A DNA stretch of 41,956 nt from Candidatus Iainarchaeum sp. (GTDB lineage Archaea > Iainarchaeota > Iainarchaeia > Iainarchaeales > JAAZKV01): NCBI GenBank assembly GCA_028690725.1, contig JAQVAR010000001.1:1-41956 (forward strand), read 5' to 3'. The position numbers and the translations under genes were made by a program. Of the stretch, positions 17,927-26,595 are shown piece by piece. The notes beneath the pieces are model-generated. The model saw nothing but the letters and a program-made list of their open reading frames with translations, ran no database searches and was not told the DNA's origin. Numbering within the stretch: position 1 is the stretch's first letter; each line of letters starts with the position of its first letter.

Positions 17927-20674
17927 ATGAATACTGCAGCAATAATAGGAGCAGGACCAGCTGGATTGATAACAGCAATAAAATTGAAAAAAGAGGGTTT
18001 TGATTCTATCATTTTAGAAGAACATGAAGAAATTGGTTCACCAGAAAACTGTTCAGGATTAGTATCAAGAAAAGGTTTAGAAGAACAAAAAATTAATTTT
18101 GAAGAAACAATACAAAACAAGATAAGAGGAGCAAAAATTTTTTCTCCAAATGGAACAGAATTAAAAATCACTAGACCAGAAACAATCGCTTATGTTTTAG
18201 ACAGAAAAAAATTTGATTTAGAATTATTAAAAAAAGCAAGACAAATGAATATTCATGTAGCAACTAACACCAAATTATTGGATGTTAGAAAAAATACTCT
18301 TTTTGTACAAGCAAACGGGAGAGGAGAAATGAGAAAAGCAGAATATATTGTGGGAGCAGACGGAGTTAATTCTACTGTAAGACATTTGATTGGAACACAA
18401 ACAAATAGAAACAATTTTGTTCATACAATACAATCAACGTGCATAGGAGAATTTGAAAAAGAATATGTTCAATTATACTTAGGAGATTATGCAAAAGGAT
18501 TTTTTGCATGGGTAATACCAATAGATGAAAAAAAAGCAAAAATTGGATTAGGAAATATTTTAGGAGAAGATGTTACTAAAAATTTTAAACAATTTTTAAC
18601 AGAAAAAATGCCAAATGTAAAAGTATATTCTACAAAATCATCATTGATTCCATACGGAGCACCATTAGAAGGAATACAAAAAGAAAATTTAGCATTAGTT
18701 GGAGATGCAGCATTCCAAACAAAAGCAACTAGTATTGATTATGAAGAGCCTATTTTGTTAATGGACGACAACGGATTTATTAGGAATAATAAAATAGGTG
18801 AATTAGTTGATAAAGAACTAACCAATCCTGAAAACGAGATTATTATTTCAGAAAATAATGAAATAGTATCTACTAAGAATGAAATCAAAGCATTTTCACC
18901 CTCAAGAAATGCTAATACAAATAAATTTAGAACCATAAAGACAATGCTTAGGCATAAAATTGAAGAAGATTTATACGAAGTCGAATTACAAAAAGGATAT
19001 AAGGTTAAAGCCACTGCAAGCCACAGCATAATGGTTGTTACACAAAATGGTTTTGAAGAAAAATACACAAATCAAATTATTCCAGGAAAAGATATTATTG
19101 CATTAAATGCAAATATTCCAAAAGGAAAAATGATTCATGAAATTAATCTAATAAAAGAATTTTTAGTACATGATAAAGAATTTTCAAAACAAATACAAAT
19201 ATTAGGAGAAAAAGAAAAGATTTATTCTAATTATTTAGAAGTAAATAAAAACAAAATTACTCAACACTGGTATAATAATATAATCCCATTAAACAAGTTT
19301 ATAGAAAAAGGAATATTGCCTGATAATTCAATAATCTCGATTAAGAAAAGTAAGTTTAATTATAAAAACAAATTACAAATTACGCCTGAATTTTGTAGAC
19401 TTCTTGGATATTTTATAGCAGAAGGATCATTTAAAAATAATAATTTAACTATGACTTTTGGAATGAATGACATTAAAAAAGGAGTTGTTAATGATGCATT
19501 GTTTTGTATAGAAAAAAGTCTTGGAATTAAAGCTGAAAAACCAACTATAAAATTTAATCCTTTAACAAAAAAAGAATCGGCAGTATCAATTACATTTGGT
19601 GGAACAATAGCTATGAAATTATTTGAGATTATTGATACAGGAAGAGGTGCTAAGAATAAACAAGTCCCTTGGATTATTTTTAATGTTGAGGATGAACTAA
19701 AAATTGAATTTTTAAAAGGTTATTTTAGAGGTGATGGAACTTTAAGAATTCGAATTGGAAAAAATTCAAGGAATGATTCTATTGAATTATCAGCAAAAAC
19801 AATTAGTAAAAAACTTATTAGCGATTTAATAATTATTTCAATGCAACTAAATTTATTCCCATCAATTGAAAGCGAGAATAAAAAAGAACACACAATTCTT
19901 GAAAAAAAAGTTAAATTACAACCAAGTTATAGAATTGTCTTCTCAAGAATACAAGATATAAAAAAGTTGATTGATATATTTCCAGAAATGAAATCAAAAT
20001 GCTTGGCTTTTTTAGAAAACAAGAAAAGTAGAGAAACAATTAGTTTACCAATAGAATTACTAAGTACACAATCTATTAAATCACAAGAAATGAAATCCAT
20101 TTTTGGAAGCAATATTCAAGATTATAATAACTTAGGTTATCAAAGATTAAAATTAGCCACAAAAAATAATGTATGTGAAAACGAATTTATTAATAATTTA
20201 ATAAAACAAGGCATAATCTTATTAAAAGTTAAAAAAATAAACAAAATTAACCCTACAACAAAATATGTGTATGATGTTGAAATTCCAGAAACACAAATGT
20301 TTTGTGGCGGAATGGGACCAATATTATTACACAACACGGGAGGAGGAGTAGTATTCGGGATGAGAGCAGGAAATATTTTGGGAGAAACAATTGCTAACAC
20401 AATCAAAAAAAAATCTAAATTAAGCGATTACGAAAAAAATTTGAAAGAAATAAACAAGGAATTGAGAATGCATTGGAAAATAAGAAAATATGTTAACGAA
20501 TTAAGCAACGAACAAATAAACAAATTATTTGAAAAATTAAAATCAAAAGGAATAGAAGAATTTTTAGAAAAAGAAGGAAACATGGACGAACCAAGCAAGT
20601 TTATTGGAAAACTAGCAAAAAAACCAGCATACTGGTTCATGGCAAAAACATTACTTGGAATAGCAAGAAGCTAA
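17927..20674 (+). CDS. Geranylgeranyl reductase family FAD-dependent oxidoreductase (digeranylgeranylglycerophospholipid reductase-like), interrupted by an intein
   Basis: N-extein: AAIIGAGPAGLITAIKL (GxGxxG), EYIVGADGVNSTVR, LALVGDAAFQTKAT. C-extein: TGGGVVFGMRAGNILGE. The exteins total about 380 aa, the normal length for this family. Confidence 0.9.
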   Translation: MNTAAIIGAGPAGLITAIKLKKEGFDSIILEEHEEIGSPENCSGLVSRKGLEEQKINFEETIQNKIRGAKIFSPNGTELKITRPETIAYVLDRKKFDLELLKKARQMNIHVATNTKLLDVRKNTLFVQANGRGEMRKAEYIVGADGVNSTVRHLIGTQTNRNNFVHTIQSTCIGEFEKEYVQLYLGDYAKGFFAWVIPIDEKKAKIGLGNILGEDVTKNFKQFLTEKMPNVKVYSTKSSLIPYGAPLEGIQKENLALVGDAAFQTKATSIDYEEPILLMDDNGFIRNNKIGELVDKELTNPENEIIISENNEIVSTKNEIKAFSPSRNANTNKFRTIKTMLRHKIEEDLYEVELQKGYKVKATASHSIMVVTQNGFEEKYTNQIIPGKDIIALNANIPKGKMIHEINLIKEFLVHDKEFSKQIQILGEKEKIYSNYLEVNKNKITQHWYNNIIPLNKFIEKGILPDNSIISIKKSKFNYKNKLQITPEFCRLLGYFIAEGSFKNNNLTMTFGMNDIKKGVVNDALFCIEKSLGIKAEKPTIKFNPLTKKESAVSITFGGTIAMKLFEIIDTGRGAKNKQVPWIIFNVEDELKIEFLKGYFRGDGTLRIRIGKNSRNDSIELSAKTISKKLISDLIIISMQLNLFPSIESENKKEHTILEKKVKLQPSYRIVFSRIQDIKKLIDIFPEMKSKCLAFLENKKSRETISLPIELLSTQSIKSQEMKSIFGSNIQDYNNLGYQRLKLATKNNVCENEFINNLIKQGIILLKVKKINKINPTTKYVYDVEIPETQMFCGGMGPILLHNTGGGVVFGMRAGNILGETIANTIKKKSKLSDYEKNLKEINKELRMHWKIRKYVNELSNEQINKLFEKLKSKGIEEFLEKEGNMDEPSKFIGKLAKKPAYWFMAKTLLGIARS
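18731..20335 (+). mobile_element. Intein (535 aa) with a LAGLIDADG homing-endonuclease domain
   Basis: In frame. Starts with Ser (SIDYEEPILLMDDNG, block A). Block B is KATASHSIM (TxxH). The two dodecapeptide motifs are LLGYFIAEGSF and FLKGYFRGDGTL. Blocks F/G are KYVYDVEIPETQMF...ILLHN, followed by Thr at +1. Confidence 0.85.
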
Positions 20675-20741
20675 AAAAACAATGTTTTAATTTATAATAC
20701 AAAAACAAATTTTTATAAATCTCAAAACACTCTATTAATAC

Positions 20742-23537
20742 ATGTTTTTTTCCAATAAAATCCAAAAAATAATAAAAGATTTTTTTTCATTAAAACAAAA
20801 AACCTTTGGAAAAAAAATAATTGCACAAGGAACAATTGAATATCTAATTATTATTGCTATAATAGTTGTTATTGGACTAGTGGTAGTAGGATTAACAATG
20901 GAATTGTTTGACAACCAACAAATAGGACAATCACTAGGACAAATAAAAGGACAAACAGGAACAAGCGGAATAACAATAATGGATTCTGTTGCAGGATTAG
21001 ATTCTAATGGCTTACTAGTTTTAAAAAATTCTAATCCAGAAACCTTAACAATAAACACTATTATTATTGATGATGAAGAACACAATTATGATTACTCTTT
21101 ACCAATGGGTTCACAAATGGGATTCAAATTACAAAATATTGCTAATTGCGATGGAACAACAAAAAATTATACAATAATAATAGAATACACTACTAATTAT
21201 GGATTGGAAAAAACCATTAACTTAGGAACAATAACAATTGATTGTGCAGAAACAGTAGAACCAACAAAAAAATTTATAGAAAAAATAGAAGAAGAAATAA
21301 TTTACATAGTTTCTTTTGATAGTCAAGAAGCTGACACAAATGCTAACCCAACAAGTATGATTGTTATACCACCAGAAACAACAATAGAAGAATTACCAAC
21401 AGAACCACAAAAAGAAGGATATATTTTTGGAGGATGGTACACTCAAATTAATGGGGGAGGAACAGAATTTACTACAAACACTATTATAGATAACAACATT
21501 ACTGTCTACGCTTATTGGAGTGATTGTGAAGAAGGAGAATTTTTGTTTGAGGGAGAATGTATAGCATGTATTAATGGAGAAGGAATAGATTTTTTTGGTG
21601 GAACAGGAGAAGAAGAAACACCATATCAAATATGTGATTGGAACCAATTAAATAATGTTAGATATTACCTTGATGCTAATTTTATTTTAATTAATAATTT
21701 GAGTAATAAAACAAGTAATTATGAAGGAATAGGAGATGATTTCGAACCAATAGGATATGGAACAGGGTGGAATTATTCAATATTTACAGGAATTCTTGAT
21801 GGAAATGAACATACAATAAGTAATTTGAAAATAAATAAACCCGATGATTCGTATATTGGTTTGTTTGCGTACTTAGATTCTGAAAGCAAAATAAAAAATA
21901 TTGGTTTGATTGACATTAATATTGTTGGTCTTGGTTATACTACAAGTTTTGCAGGCAGAATACAAAATGGGTTAATTGAAAATAATTATGCAACAGGAAT
22001 AATCACAAGTATTTCTTTCAGCGCTGGTGGGATAACAGGAGTCCAATATAACGGAACAATAAATAATTCTTATTTCACAGGAACAATTATTGGTGGTAAT
22101 GGTACCGGAGGAATAACAGGAGTTCACTATGGTGGTACGATTGAAAATTCTTACATGACAGGAAACATAACTAGCCCTTCTAATATGGGAGGAATAGTTG
22201 GTTTAAAAAGTGGTGGAACAATTGAAAATTCTTATTATGATTATGAAAATGTTTTAATAAATGGAGAAAATATTTTAACAATTGGTGCTCTAACAAACGA
22301 AAATTTTGATTTTTGGATTGAAAATGACAAATTTTTTGATGTTGATAATTATTTAACAAAAGAAGGAGAATATTATTTAATAAATAATGTTTCAGATTTA
22401 GAAAAATTATTAATTTTTGGGCAAGATTCTTCTCTAAATTTTAAAATACAAAATAATTTAGATCTTACTGGAAACGAAGGACTTTACATACCATATTTAG
22501 CAGGAAATTTAGAAGGAAATGATAAAAACATTTTAAACCTAAAAGTAAATCTTCCTCTTGTTTCAAATATTGGATTATTTGGTTACACAATAGGAAACAT
22601 TTCAAATATTGGTGTAATAGATGCAAATGTTATTGGAAGAAGATATGTTGGAGGTTTAGCAGGAATAACAAACGGAACAATTGAAAATATATATGCAACA
22701 GGAAACGTAACTGGTTACGAAGATGAAATTGGGGGGTTAATAGGATATCAAATTAGTGGAACAATCACAAACTCTTACACAACAGGAAATGTAACTGGGG
22801 GCAATACTGTTGGAGGATTAGTAGGAAGTTTAAAAGGAATAATTACAAATTCTTATACAACAGGAAATACAATAGGAGGGCATAATACTGGAGGGTTAGT
22901 GGGAAATTCTTATGGAACAATTTCAACTTCATACACAATAGGAAATATAGAAGGATATTATGGAGTTGGAGGGATATCCGGAAGACAAATGGGCGGGTTA
23001 ATTGAAAAATCTTATTCAACAGGAAACAAAACAGGTGAAGACGGAGGCATTGGAGGAATAGTTGGATACCAACAAGGAGGACTTATTTCTAACACTTATG
23101 CAATAGGAACAAATACAGGAAATAATAGTGTTGGAGGAATTACAGGAGTACAAACAGGTGCCAAAATTGAAAATTCTTATGCAATAGGAAACATAAATGA
23201 TATTAGTTGGTTTGCTGGTGGGTTAATAGGAATACAATATGAAACAGGAACAATTGAAAACGCATATGCAACAGGAAACGTAACTGGCGACAATTCAGTT
23301 GGTGGGTTAGTTGGATTTTCCAGTGGAACAATCACAAATTCATATTGGGATACAATATTAAGTGGGCAATCCAATTGTTATCGCGATGGTAATATTGGTT
23401 GTACATCAACAACAAATAATGAAACATATTATTATAATTCTAGTAATTCACCATTAAGTTCATGGACATGGGGAATAGACGGAAATTGGACTACAAGAGA
23501 CAATAATTATCCAATATTAACCTGGCAAACACAATAA
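20742..23537 (+). CDS. Giant pilin-like surface protein: class III (prepilin-type) signal peptide, conserved N-terminal module, Listeria-Bacteroides repeat, and GLUG-type repeat array
   Basis: KKIIAQGTIEYLIIIAIIVVIGLVVVGL; VSFDSQ...PQKEGYIFGGWYTQ...ITVYAYW; many repeats of about 26 aa in the form NSY-TGN-TG---VGGL-G---G-I; C-terminal YPILTWQ. Confidence 0.85.
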   Translation: MFFSNKIQKIIKDFFSLKQKTFGKKIIAQGTIEYLIIIAIIVVIGLVVVGLTMELFDNQQIGQSLGQIKGQTGTSGITIMDSVAGLDSNGLLVLKNSNPETLTINTIIIDDEEHNYDYSLPMGSQMGFKLQNIANCDGTTKNYTIIIEYTTNYGLEKTINLGTITIDCAETVEPTKKFIEKIEEEIIYIVSFDSQEADTNANPTSMIVIPPETTIEELPTEPQKEGYIFGGWYTQINGGGTEFTTNTIIDNNITVYAYWSDCEEGEFLFEGECIACINGEGIDFFGGTGEEETPYQICDWNQLNNVRYYLDANFILINNLSNKTSNYEGIGDDFEPIGYGTGWNYSIFTGILDGNEHTISNLKINKPDDSYIGLFAYLDSESKIKNIGLIDINIVGLGYTTSFAGRIQNGLIENNYATGIITSISFSAGGITGVQYNGTINNSYFTGTIIGGNGTGGITGVHYGGTIENSYMTGNITSPSNMGGIVGLKSGGTIENSYYDYENVLINGENILTIGALTNENFDFWIENDKFFDVDNYLTKEGEYYLINNVSDLEKLLIFGQDSSLNFKIQNNLDLTGNEGLYIPYLAGNLEGNDKNILNLKVNLPLVSNIGLFGYTIGNISNIGVIDANVIGRRYVGGLAGITNGTIENIYATGNVTGYEDEIGGLIGYQISGTITNSYTTGNVTGGNTVGGLVGSLKGIITNSYTTGNTIGGHNTGGLVGNSYGTISTSYTIGNIEGYYGVGGISGRQMGGLIEKSYSTGNKTGEDGGIGGIVGYQQGGLISNTYAIGTNTGNNSVGGITGVQTGAKIENSYAIGNINDISWFAGGLIGIQYETGTIENAYATGNVTGDNSVGGLVGFSSGTITNSYWDTILSGQSNCYRDGNIGCTSTTNNETYYYNSSNSPLSSWTWGIDGNWTTRDNNYPILTWQTQ

Positions 23538-23640
23538 AAAAAAAACAACAAAATATATAAATACTATAAACAAATTATATATAAAGTAGAAAACAAAATT
23601 TAATAAAAAAATTATATTTTAAAAGTATTTAGGTGTCTAA

Positions 23641-26448
23641 TTGAAAAAAAATATTAAAAAAGAATTTGTTGCACAAGGAACAATAGAATATCTGACAATA
23701 ATAGGAGTAATTGTTGTTATTGGTTTGGTTGTTGTTAGCTTGTTAACAAATGTTTTTGATGATACACAAAATATTTCTTCTACAACAACAAAGATTAGTT
23801 CAATCACAGGAATAATTAGCATCAGTGAAACAATTGTTGATAATGAAGGAAATGGTTTAATTGTTTTATCAAACAATTCTAATGAAACACTAACAATAAA
23901 AAGTTTGAGTATTAATGGTGTTAACATAGATTATCCAAATACTATTTTGACTCAAAGTGTTGAAAAAATTTTTAGTTTAAATAGTTTGGATGATAACTGT
24001 TCTTGTGTTGGTTTTGAAGGTAAAATGAAAACTTGTGAAATAACAATTTATTATACTTCTAAATATGGTTTAGAAAAACAGGTTACAACAAATATTGTTG
24101 TTGATTGTGTTGATGAAGCAACTCCAAAAAATTTATCTAATTTGATTCTACCAACTTCATCAAGAACATATGAAATAATGTTTAACATAAAAAATTCTTC
24201 CACTAATTTACATTTAACTGATTTTAATATTAATTGTAATGATGAAACACATAATTTTACTAACCAAGAATCTCCTACATTAATTGATTTTAATGGAGGG
24301 GTTTATTCTTGTGATTTTTCAAAATTAGGTTATGATTCAAATAACATAACAATAAACGCTAATAGTGACAAAAATATTGATGTTTATTTAACTCAACAAA
24401 GTGAATTATTATCAAATTGTGGTACATTAGATGCTGAAAAAATTTATTTTTTGGAAAATGATATTGGTTCTGGCGAAAATTGTTTGATAATTGAATCAAA
24501 TAATATATTAATAAATGGTAACAGTCACACAATAACAGGAAATATTGTCGCAGATGGTGCAGAAGGAATAGCTGCTTATACAGGATTATCGTTATCTAAC
24601 ATTAATGTTGTTGGAACAGTAAGTGCAATCGGAGGAGGAGGCTCAAACACAGCAGGCTCAGGAGGAACAGTAACAGTAACTAATAATTCTAATATAACAA
24701 CAATAAATACAACGGGAGGATGGAACACGTATAGTACTCCTGGTGAAGGAGGAGCAGTAACAATAACAGATTCTAATGTAGAAACAATAACCACAACTGG
24801 GGGAGCAGGACATTTTAATCGACCAGGTGAGATAGCTGGGGCAGTAACACTTACTAATTCAATTATAGAGACAATAACAGCAAAAGGAGGAAATGGCACA
24901 TATAGTGGTGGAAAAGCAGGTGGAATAATAACAGCAAATAATTCAGTTATAATAACTATTGATGCAACAGGCGGATCAGGAGGACACCAAGGTGCTGGAG
25001 GAGCGGGAGGAACAATAACATTAACAGATTCTAATATTGTGACAATAATTTCTTTAGGAGGAAATGGCGCTTATGGGGCAACAGCAGGAGCTGGTGGAAC
25101 AATAACATTAACTGATTCAAATACAACAACAATAACAGCAACAGGTGGATCAAGTAGTGGACCAGGCGGAGCAGGAGGAACAATAACATTAACTAATTCC
25201 AATATAAAGAAAATAAATACTATTGGTGGGAATGGAAATTATGGAGGAGTAGGAGGAAATGTTAATATAATTTCCCAAAATTTAGATTTATCAAATATTG
25301 AGATAGATATTAATTATGGATCTGGAGACCCACATCACGATTCAGGAACACTTATACTCAATTTTTCAAATTCTTTTACAGATACTGGAGCTAGTTATAA
25401 CAAAAATTTAAAAGGATTAAAAATTGTTCGTAGTGGAGTCGGAGAAATTTATTGGAATGAGACCAGTATATGCGAAGGAACACCAGATAATTCAAATTGT
25501 TCTCAATGGGGTGGGTCTTGGAATGAAGAACAATGTACTAGATATGAAAACCGCGGAGGACAATGTACTTGGCCAGAACATTCTTGTATAGATGTCAGTG
25601 GAGGAGATTGCAGTAATGCTTATGATGAATCAGAATGTCTTAATAACATATACCCAACAGGATGCGACACTTGGATTCCTGGAGTTTGTGAAGATGTAGG
25701 CGGAGGAAGTTGTACAGGAGCATGGGATGAATGGGAATGTATTTATATGAAATATCCTTCAGGATGTAATTGGACACCAAATCCTATTTCTTGCATGTAT
25801 GCTCCCGGGCCAGGTTGTGTAGAAGGATCATTTTCTTGTGATGATTGTATTAATGAATCTAGTTGTAGTGTTTGTGGTGGATGGTGGGGAAGCGAAGGAG
25901 GAATTTGTGAAGGAACAGGAAGCGGATGCGAAGGAGCAACAAATAGTATGTGGTGTAATGATTATTCAGGTTGTGAATGGTCGTTAGGTTGGGAAGAAGG
26001 AATTTGTGAAGGAACAGGAAGCGGATGCGAAGATTTAAACAACTATAATAGTTGTTGGAATTATTCAGGTTGTTCATGGTTCGGAGACCCTTGTACTGGA
26101 ACAGTTACTTGCGAAGCACAAATTTCACTTGAAGCTTGCCAAGAAATAACTGGTTGCGCATACTCTGCAAGTAGTATTGATTCATCCTCTTTTACAAATT
26201 TATCAAATAATATTATAATTGAACAAAATTCTGTTTATTTAAATTCTACTGCTATACCTTCTTTAAATATTGATGCTAATATTACTCTTTATTTAACTGG
26301 ATTAGAAATTACAAATCCACAAGTATTAAAAGATGGAATTGAATGTAATTCTCCTAGTTGTGAAATATTAAGTTATGATTCTGAAATAATTATATTTAGA
26401 GTAACAAGTTGGGATAATGCAATATATACTATTGCAGAATCATCATAA
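23641..26448 (+). CDS. Giant pilin-like surface protein: class III signal peptide, the same N-terminal module, Gly-rich beta-helix-like repeats, and a Cys-rich repeat domain
   Basis: TTG start 5 nt after AGGTG. MKKNIKKEFVAQGTIEYLTIIGVIVVIGLVVV. Repeats of the form GG-G...GAGGTITLTDSN--TI. About 30 Cys between 25471 and 26157. Confidence 0.85.
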   Translation: MKKNIKKEFVAQGTIEYLTIIGVIVVIGLVVVSLLTNVFDDTQNISSTTTKISSITGIISISETIVDNEGNGLIVLSNNSNETLTIKSLSINGVNIDYPNTILTQSVEKIFSLNSLDDNCSCVGFEGKMKTCEITIYYTSKYGLEKQVTTNIVVDCVDEATPKNLSNLILPTSSRTYEIMFNIKNSSTNLHLTDFNINCNDETHNFTNQESPTLIDFNGGVYSCDFSKLGYDSNNITINANSDKNIDVYLTQQSELLSNCGTLDAEKIYFLENDIGSGENCLIIESNNILINGNSHTITGNIVADGAEGIAAYTGLSLSNINVVGTVSAIGGGGSNTAGSGGTVTVTNNSNITTINTTGGWNTYSTPGEGGAVTITDSNVETITTTGGAGHFNRPGEIAGAVTLTNSIIETITAKGGNGTYSGGKAGGIITANNSVIITIDATGGSGGHQGAGGAGGTITLTDSNIVTIISLGGNGAYGATAGAGGTITLTDSNTTTITATGGSSSGPGGAGGTITLTNSNIKKINTIGGNGNYGGVGGNVNIISQNLDLSNIEIDINYGSGDPHHDSGTLILNFSNSFTDTGASYNKNLKGLKIVRSGVGEIYWNETSICEGTPDNSNCSQWGGSWNEEQCTRYENRGGQCTWPEHSCIDVSGGDCSNAYDESECLNNIYPTGCDTWIPGVCEDVGGGSCTGAWDEWECIYMKYPSGCNWTPNPISCMYAPGPGCVEGSFSCDDCINESSCSVCGGWWGSEGGICEGTGSGCEGATNSMWCNDYSGCEWSLGWEEGICEGTGSGCEDLNNYNSCWNYSGCSWFGDPCTGTVTCEAQISLEACQEITGCAYSASSIDSSSFTNLSNNIIIEQNSVYLNSTAIPSLNIDANITLYLTGLEITNPQVLKDGIECNSPSCEILSYDSEIIIFRVTSWDNAIYTIAESS

Positions 26449-26458
26449 AAAAATATTA

Positions 26459-26571
26459 TAGCCCCACCCAGATTTGAACTGGGGTCCCAAGCTAATTCCG
26501 AGCAATTTTGCTAGAGCTTTTTTTAAAAGCTCTCCAGAAGCTTGCATCCTTGACCACTAGACGATGGGGCT
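26459..26571 (-). tRNA. tRNA-Gln (anticodon CUG) with a 40-nt intron at the canonical 37/38 position (intron 26494..26533); no encoded CCA
   Basis: Hand-folded. Acceptor AGCCCCA/TGGGGCT (A1-U72), U8, D arm GTCT-AGTGGTCAA-GGAT, anticodon stem CAAGC/GCTTG, loop TTCTGG[intron]A, T arm CCCAG-TTCAAAT-CTGGG. BHB: helix GAGC/GCTC, bulge GGA, 4-bp helix TTCT/GGAA, bulge TTA. Confidence 0.9.
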
Positions 26572-26595
26572 GCACTTCTTTTGCTTTGCAAAAGA

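Noticed and set aside
20744-20790. Homopolymer tracts (T7 at the start codon region, T8 around 20781) as phase-variation switches for the first pilin-like gene.
   Set aside because: Runs of 7-10 A or T occur throughout this genome in both coding and non-coding DNA. Nothing distinguishes these tracts without population data.
20742-26448. Diversity-generating retroelement targeting the giant adhesins.
   Set aside because: There is no reverse transcriptase gene in the window. I could not see a template/variable repeat pair with adenine-specific mismatches. The internal repeats are ordinary in-frame tandem units.
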